A stretch of 12,554 nt of DNA, taken from the NCBI GenBank assembly GCA_046262595.1, contig JBHEMM010000052.1, forward strand, positions 1-12,554, read 5' to 3'. The position numbers and the translations under genes are program-made. The notes under the pieces were generated by a model. That model was given only the letters and a program-made list of their open reading frames with translations. It was not told where the DNA came from and searched no databases. The first letter of the stretch is position 1. The number at the start of each line of letters is the position of its first letter. This stretch comes from Vulcanimicrobiaceae bacterium (GTDB lineage Bacteria > Vulcanimicrobiota > Vulcanimicrobiia > Vulcanimicrobiales > Vulcanimicrobiaceae). Of the stretch, positions 7,569-12,554 are shown one piece after another.

Positions 7569-8357
7569 ATGATAAGGAGAAGCGTTGCGTTCGCTGCAGT
7601 CTTTGGGTCCGCGCTTGCGCTTGCTGCGGCTCTCGCACCGTCTCTCGGGATCGCCTCCGGCGGTCCCGTTGCATTTTCCGACCTTGCTCCGGCCGATGAG
7701 TATTTCGGCCGGCTGCATTTAAGCGCAATCGTTGTGCGTCATAGGGTGTTCGCGCTCAAAGACGATCTGCACCACGCACGTCAACAGCCGGATGCCGTTG
7801 CGAACGATGCGCAGGACGTTCAAGATGCATTAAACGATTGGGCGCGCCGGTTTCCGCGCGATCCGTGGATACCGCCGACGGCGTGGAATCTGGCCACGCT
7901 GTACGAAGAGTTGCCCGGGCCTGACGCGCAAAAGCGCGCGGTGGCGGTGTTGCAGAACATTCGCGAGAAGTACGCTGCAACCGCATTCGCCGGATATGCG
8001 CAACGCGATTTGGCGCGTGGCGTGGGTGTTCGGCCATGGCCGCATTGGGCGCTGATCCCGCGCGATGCCGCAGCGCTCGTGCAGTCAATCCTCGCGCTAC
8101 GTAAGCTGACCACCGGTTCGCAAGCGCAGGCGATCGGAGATTTGGAAAACCGGTACTTCGCTCTCTCGCACAACGGCGATGACGGCTCGTACACGCGTGC
8201 GGCATGGGAGCTTGCAGCAGCGTACGAACGCCTGCCGGGGAACGATGCGCGCGTACATGCGATACGGCTCCTTGCACTGCTTGTGGATCGCTACCCAACC
8301 GAAACGTACGGCGCGTGGGCGCTCAAAGATCTGGAACGCGGGGTCGGTGAACGCTAG
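7569..8357 (+). CDS. Secreted helical (TPR-like) hypothetical protein with APADEYFG motif and duplicated 51-aa module
   Basis: Ala-rich N-terminal signal. Residues 105-155 and 212-262 align without gaps at 22/51 identities. Confidence 0.75.
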   Translation: MIRRSVAFAAVFGSALALAAALAPSLGIASGGPVAFSDLAPADEYFGRLHLSAIVVRHRVFALKDDLHHARQQPDAVANDAQDVQDALNDWARRFPRDPWIPPTAWNLATLYEELPGPDAQKRAVAVLQNIREKYAATAFAGYAQRDLARGVGVRPWPHWALIPRDAAALVQSILALRKLTTGSQAQAIGDLENRYFALSHNGDDGSYTRAAWELAAAYERLPGNDARVHAIRLLALLVDRYPTETYGAWALKDLERGVGER

Positions 8358-8371
8358 GGTAAAAGGCCCGT

Positions 8372-8938
8372 ATGAAAGGCTTTGAATCGTTGATCGTTGC
8401 TGCCGCAATTGTGCTTACCGGCTGCACGGGCGAGCAGCAGCGCCAAGCGGAAAGCACCACGCAAGCGCTGGCAACGTCCGTGCCTCGCGCCGCGCAAAAC
8501 GCGCTGCTTGCCGGCGCCGTAGCCGCGAAACTTGCGGGCGTCGATATCGACGCTGCAACCACCGTGCATGTTGCCAATGATAACGGTGCGATCGCGCTCA
8601 CCGGGCAGGCACATACCGCTTCGGAGCGCGCGGCATACGAGCGCGCCGCCAGATCGGTCAACGGCGTGAGATCGGTTCGCGACAATCTCACGGTCGAGCC
8701 GCGTTTACGGGGCCTCCGCCAAAATGCGCAGGATTCCGCGCTAACGGTTCGTGTGTCGGCGGCGATTGCCGGTCAGGCGGGCGTGAACGTATTTCACGTA
8801 TCACCCGCCGTGAAGGACGGGGTCGTTACGCTGCGAGGCTCGGTCTCAGCCGCTTCGATCGCTCGCACGATCGTTTCCACGGTGCAACGCGTGCCCGGCG
8901 TAAAACACGTGGTGGATCACATAACGGTAAGCAGGTAG
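8372..8938 (+). CDS. Dual BON-domain lipoprotein (OsmY/DolP-like)
   Basis: Lipobox LTG-C. Two BON repeats: GAIALTG...AARSVNGVRSVRDNLTV and DGVVTLRGSV...VPGVKHVVDHITV. Confidence 0.92.
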   Translation: MKGFESLIVAAAIVLTGCTGEQQRQAESTTQALATSVPRAAQNALLAGAVAAKLAGVDIDAATTVHVANDNGAIALTGQAHTASERAAYERAARSVNGVRSVRDNLTVEPRLRGLRQNAQDSALTVRVSAAIAGQAGVNVFHVSPAVKDGVVTLRGSVSAASIARTIVSTVQRVPGVKHVVDHITVSR

Positions 8939-8945
8939 CTTTGGC

Positions 8946-8963
8946 GGCGGCCGAGATGCCGCC
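8946..8963 (+). terminator. GC hairpin after the BON gene, possible weak or non-canonical terminator
   Basis: GGCGGC-cgagat-GCCGCC, 7 nt after the stop; no U-tract. Confidence 0.3.
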
Positions 8964-9025
8964 CGGTTAGTAACGTTTGCATCGCGGCGGGTAAAGAACC
9001 GACCCGTGAACCGCAGAGGAAGTGT

Positions 9026-9583
9026 ATGCAAACAACGACACCGGCACTCTACTATATCATCGGCGCGATTGTGGTCATTGCGATCGTTCTGGCGATCGTT
9101 GCTGCGTCGCGCCGCGCGGCCTCCGCTCGTTTGCAGCGGCGATTCGGCCCCGAATACGAACGCACACTGAACGACCGCGGCGATCGCACCGCCGCCGAAC
9201 GCGAGCTTGCGGCTCGCGAATCGCGCGTAAAACGCTTTCACATCGAAGAGCTCCCCGCAGGCGCGCGCGACCGCTACACCGAGGAATGGCGCACCGTGCA
9301 AACCCGGTTCGTCGACGAGCCGAAGACGGCAATCACCCAGGCGGATCGCCTGGTTTCCAGCGTCATGCGCGATCGCGGTTATCCGGTTGAGAGCTTCGAA
9401 CAGCAAGCGGCGGATATATCGCCCGACCACCCGCGCGTCGTTCAAAATTACCGCACCGCGCACGAGATCGCCGCGCGAAGCGAACGCGGCGAGGTCTCAA
9501 CCGAGGACCTGCGCCAAGCGATGGTCCATTACCGCGCACTGTTTACCGACCTTGTCGGCACCGATGAAAGGACGACATCATGA
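9026..9583 (+). CDS. Conserved hypothetical single-pass membrane protein (RFGPEYER / FVDEP type)
   Basis: SD AGAGGA upstream; N-terminal TM followed by basic residues and a helical soluble domain. Confidence 0.85.
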   Translation: MQTTTPALYYIIGAIVVIAIVLAIVAASRRAASARLQRRFGPEYERTLNDRGDRTAAERELAARESRVKRFHIEELPAGARDRYTEEWRTVQTRFVDEPKTAITQADRLVSSVMRDRGYPVESFEQQAADISPDHPRVVQNYRTAHEIAARSERGEVSTEDLRQAMVHYRALFTDLVGTDERTTS

Positions 9584-9954
9584 ACGATCGCACCGACGCT
9601 GTCGAGCGAGGCGAGACGCAGCCCACGCCGTTGGGGGCGACGGACGTGCGTGATACCGCGGACGTGCGTGATACCACGGACGATAGCGGCTTCATGCCGT
9701 CCGGCCGCATGGATACGCTGCGTTCGCAATGGAGCGACGTACAGGCCTCGTTTGTCGACGACCCGCAGCGCGCGGTGCAGCAAGCGCATGGACTCGTGAC
9801 GCAAATCGTCGACGAGCTCACGCAAACGTTCTCGCGCGAACGCTCGACGCTTGAGGGACAGTGGAGCGGCGGCGGCCAGGCCGATACCGAGGCACTGCGC
9901 GTTGCGCTGCAGCGTTACCGCTCGTTTTTCAATCGCTTATTGGGGACCGCTTAA
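9580..9954 (+). CDS. Conserved hypothetical protein (FVDDP type), paralog of the upstream gene's C-terminal domain
   Basis: ATGA overlap with the upstream stop; SD AAAGGA; shared motifs W..VQ..FVD.P and TE.LR.A...YR..F..L.GT. Confidence 0.85.
   Translation: MNDRTDAVERGETQPTPLGATDVRDTADVRDTTDDSGFMPSGRMDTLRSQWSDVQASFVDDPQRAVQQAHGLVTQIVDELTQTFSRERSTLEGQWSGGGQADTEALRVALQRYRSFFNRLLGTA
9641..9682 (+). repeat. In-frame 18-bp tandem repeat (2.3 copies)
   Basis: cggacgtgcgtgataccg / cggacgtgcgtgatacca / cggacg, encoding TDVRDT-ADVRDT-TD. Confidence 0.9.
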
Positions 9955-10523
9955 CGGCACCAGATATCGAACGCGATACGAACGTCGTCCTTGACCGAAA
10001 CCGTGCCGCCGGCGATGCGAACCGGTGTCATGCCGAACGCCGTCTGTCGAACCATGACCGACCCTGTAAAATGCCCGGCGCCATCGCTTTCAACGGGGAA
10101 GGTCATGGTTCGCGTCCGTCCGTGAAGTTCAAGGCCGCCCGTGACCGTCCACGCACCTTTGCCGCTGCCCTCAATTTTGATCGATTGGAAAGCGATCGCG
10201 GGATACCGGTTCGCGTCGAGTACTTGGGGCCCAAGCATGTTGGCTTGTACGCTCGCGCGTTTGTCCGGCGGCAAGGCCGGGTCGAGCACGCGCATTTTCG
10301 CCGCATCCACCGCTAGGCTGACCGTCTTACGCTGCGCATCACACGCGCCCCGCGCTATGGGCGCAGCGATGGTGTGATTGTCTGCCAGGAACGAGAAAAG
10401 GCCGCGCTTGTAGACGTAGACCGTTATCCTTGAGCGCTGCGTATCGATGCTCTGCGCCGCGGGCGGTTGCGGTGCAGCGCCCAAGGTCAGCGCGAGGAGT
10501 GCGAAAAGCGGCAGAAGCGTCAT
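9951..10523 (-). CDS. YceI-family (polyisoprenoid/lipid-binding) secreted protein
   Basis: Signal peptide from ATG 10523 (MTLLPLFALLALTLGAA); ID...S.I, LDANRYPAIAFQS, VTGGLELHG, FGM.P, KDDVRIAFDI. Confidence 0.9.
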   Translation of the reverse strand: MTLLPLFALLALTLGAAPQPPAAQSIDTQRSRITVYVYKRGLFSFLADNHTIAAPIARGACDAQRKTVSLAVDAAKMRVLDPALPPDKRASVQANMLGPQVLDANRYPAIAFQSIKIEGSGKGAWTVTGGLELHGRTRTMTFPVESDGAGHFTGSVMVRQTAFGMTPVRIAGGTVSVKDDVRIAFDIWCR

Positions 10524-10530
10524 TGTGCGG

Positions 10531-10536
10531 ATTATA
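10531..10536 (-). promoter_or_regulatory. Putative -10 element TATAAT for a leaderless yceI-like transcript
   Basis: Minus strand reads TATAAT-ccgcaca-ATG (7-nt spacing, no SD). Confidence 0.65.
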
Positions 10537-10644
10537 CGCCTTGGCGGTGAAGAAGGTCTGAAAACGGGACGGTCGCCGCCCGGGCTCAAGTGGCACGGTT
10601 TACCGGGCGTCATCGCGTTCCGTTCGGCCGGCGGTCCTAATGCG

Positions 10645-10678
10645 CGGCGAGCGCGCCCAATAATGCGCGCGCTCGCCG
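10645..10678 (-). terminator. 12-bp perfect hairpin downstream of the S53 gene, probable terminator or stabiliser
   Basis: CGGCGAGCGCGC (10645-10656) and GCGCGCTCGCCG (10667-10678), 10-nt loop, 19 nt past the stop. No U-tract on the minus strand. Confidence 0.55.
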
Positions 10679-10697
10679 TTTGCAGTGCAGGAGCAGA

Positions 10698-12482
10698 TTA
10701 GGGCGTCGCTGCGCCGATCTGTGAATTCAGCAGCAGTACATTAAAGCTGCCCAGGCCTGTCGCGTAGTCGTACCGCGGCATCGCCGTATCGAGAGGATTA
10801 GCGTTGGTTCCGACAATGATGTCGTGGAAGCCACCCACTTGTTGGGTCGGCGGCGGCCCCGTTAAGGTGCCGCTCGAGGTGGGGTGCTGCGCATAATCTT
10901 TGTAGAACCGCGGCGGTCCGAAGCCCAAAGCGTTGCTGTGCTGCGTTTGCATGATCGCGTACGATCCCGCGGCCAGGGGGGACGCCAAGCTCGTTCCGCC
11001 CGTGATGTATTGCGCGCCCGAGAGGTACAGGAGCGCTCCCGTTTCAAGGGATGCGTCCATCGAAACGTCAGGCGCCCCGCGGAAGCTTTCTCCGTTCGCC
11101 GCTATCGGCTGCGCTTCGGCTTCCCAGTAGGGTGCGTATTCGAATTGGCTTATGCCGCCGCCGCCGGCTTCCCAGGCGGTTTCTCCCTTATAGGTGCCGT
11201 CAGCGTTGCTAAACAGGTCGGTCCCGCCGACCGCAACGACGTATGGCGATGCTGCGGGATATTCAACGAATGGCGCACCGCCGGGCACGCCGTTCGGGGG
11301 AACGCCCACGCTGCAGAAGCCTCCGGTATCGCCCGTTGATGCGAACATCGTTTGCCCATGGGCCGCGCCTTCGAGGAACAGCATGTCGTCGACAAGCATC
11401 GATCCGTCCAGGTACGGGAAGAGTTCACATTCGCCGAACGATGAGTTGCCGATCTTTGCGACGTTGTCGGTGACCCAATGACTATACTCAAGCGCGATAT
11501 CGGAATCGGTCAGTGACGTTGTTTGATAAACGTACAGTGTTTTTACGCGTCCTGCTATTCCGGTTGAGTACGTCATGTCGAGTGTCCATTCGTCGACGCC
11601 CGACGTATCGGGGCTCGCCAGCCCAACCTGCTTCACTACAACGGAAGCCTGCGGCAGTTTGAAGACGCTTTCGTTATAGCGGAAGTTGGAGATGGCCGGG
11701 GCGGTATTCCCTTCGGCCATAATTCCGACCGTGGTGTTGTATGCAGTGTCGTCCGCGTCGCCGGCCGCCGAATCGGAAATCGATCCGTCGTTGTCGGAGG
11801 CATGATATACCGTGCGGAACGTGTTCGGATCATAGAACCGCACGCACGGGTTTGTGACGCCGGCCGTGCACGGCGTTACCTTTGGAGCTGCGCGCACAAC
11901 GGGGGCGTTGTTCAAGCCCAACACGGCGACCACAACGCCGTTCAGCGCTGCGGGAACGTATGCAGGCCCGGTGTTCGCATGAAACACCGTGCCGTTCAAG
12001 TTGAAATTATGAATAGCGGTCGCAAACGCGCTTTGCGCCTGCGCGACCGTACCGGTTGCGTTGATGATGAAGTTGTTCGGCTCTGCGATGATACCGGTAA
12101 AGCCTTTACCGGCGAGATACGTCTTCACCGCGCTCACTTGAGCGGCGGTCGGTGCATACGCCGACGCAAATTCCGCATCCGAAAGCGTTGTTCCGTGCGC
12201 GACGGCAGTTTGCAGAGCGCTCATGTTGCGCATCTGCAAGCCGACTCGCACGGTAAGTTTCGAAGATGCGGATGCCGAGCCCAAGTCGGTGGCGCCCTTT
12301 ATGGCAAAGCTCTTGGTCGCCGTCGCCGCAAAGCCGGACGGCGCTGCCGATGTTATCGCCAAATTTGAAGCGCCGGCCGCACGGTCGGCTTGTTGCGGCC
12401 CAGGAATAATCGAGCTGCCGCTATGCCCGGAACATCCCGCGGCGAGCGCTGCGGCCGCCGCAAGTGCAAGAAGTCTTTTCAC
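10698..12482 (-). CDS. S53 family (sedolisin/kumamolisin-like) serine-carboxyl peptidase, lipoprotein with pro-domain
   Basis: Catalytic E-x3-D (EWTLD), oxyanion ASTGDTG, nucleophile GGTSLASP, Ca-site HDI..G.N...YD..TGLGS, and a pro-kumamolisin-like domain. GGAGG SD (12493-12497) before GTG 12482 gives MKRLLALAAAAALAAG-C (lipobox). Confidence 0.95.
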   Translation of the reverse strand: MKRLLALAAAAALAAGCSGHSGSSIIPGPQQADRAAGASNLAITSAAPSGFAATATKSFAIKGATDLGSASASSKLTVRVGLQMRNMSALQTAVAHGTTLSDAEFASAYAPTAAQVSAVKTYLAGKGFTGIIAEPNNFIINATGTVAQAQSAFATAIHNFNLNGTVFHANTGPAYVPAALNGVVVAVLGLNNAPVVRAAPKVTPCTAGVTNPCVRFYDPNTFRTVYHASDNDGSISDSAAGDADDTAYNTTVGIMAEGNTAPAISNFRYNESVFKLPQASVVVKQVGLASPDTSGVDEWTLDMTYSTGIAGRVKTLYVYQTTSLTDSDIALEYSHWVTDNVAKIGNSSFGECELFPYLDGSMLVDDMLFLEGAAHGQTMFASTGDTGGFCSVGVPPNGVPGGAPFVEYPAASPYVVAVGGTDLFSNADGTYKGETAWEAGGGGISQFEYAPYWEAEAQPIAANGESFRGAPDVSMDASLETGALLYLSGAQYITGGTSLASPLAAGSYAIMQTQHSNALGFGPPRFYKDYAQHPTSSGTLTGPPPTQQVGGFHDIIVGTNANPLDTAMPRYDYATGLGSFNVLLLNSQIGAATP

Positions 12483-12554
12483 AATATTTGATCCTCCCTG
12501 CGCGAATCGTAACGCGGGACAACTTTGCGCGGCCATCCCCAATTTGCATTAGAA

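Noticed and set aside
9641..9682. Possible CRISPR repeat
   Set aside because: Head-to-tail 18-mers with no spacers, inside a CDS, no cas genes.
10591..10605. Sigma-54 promoter TGGCACG
   Set aside because: The -12 TTGC element is absent (ACCG) and it points toward no plus-strand gene.
10524..10613. 30-aa N-terminal extension of YceI from the ORF track
   Set aside because: Buries the signal peptide; TATAAT-7nt-ATG supports 10523.
12483..12542. 20-aa N-terminal extension of the S53 ORF
   Set aside because: GGAGG lies within it, and GTG 12482 yields a canonical lipoprotein signal.

Overview
GC-rich bacterial chromosomal window with 15 protein-coding genes and no rRNA, tRNA, CRISPR array or mobile element that I can support. 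Order: 5' part of UDP-galactopyranose mutase glf (-, runs off the left edge, absent from the ORF track); GT-B glycosyltransferase (-); short GreA/GreB-family factor (+); DUF4337-like membrane protein (+); pirin (+); Zn/NADP alcohol dehydrogenase (-); Crp/Fnr regulator (+); a + strand envelope run of copper-amine-oxidase-N-terminal/putative beta-barrel protein, DUF3494 ice-binding lipoprotein, secreted protein with an internal duplication, dual-BON lipoprotein and a coupled pair of paralogous helical proteins; YceI (-); and an S53 sedolisin lipoprotein (-). The family mix resembles Ca. Eremiobacterota/Vulcanimicrobiota (inference from recall, not tested). Most notable: the glycosyltransferase appears to start at ATT and joins glf out of frame; the whole DUF4337-pirin spacer folds into one hairpin; a putative barrel is paired with an ice-binding lipoprotein; an uncharacterised paralog pair; GGGTA motifs recur in intergenic DNA; and several promoters look leaderless.
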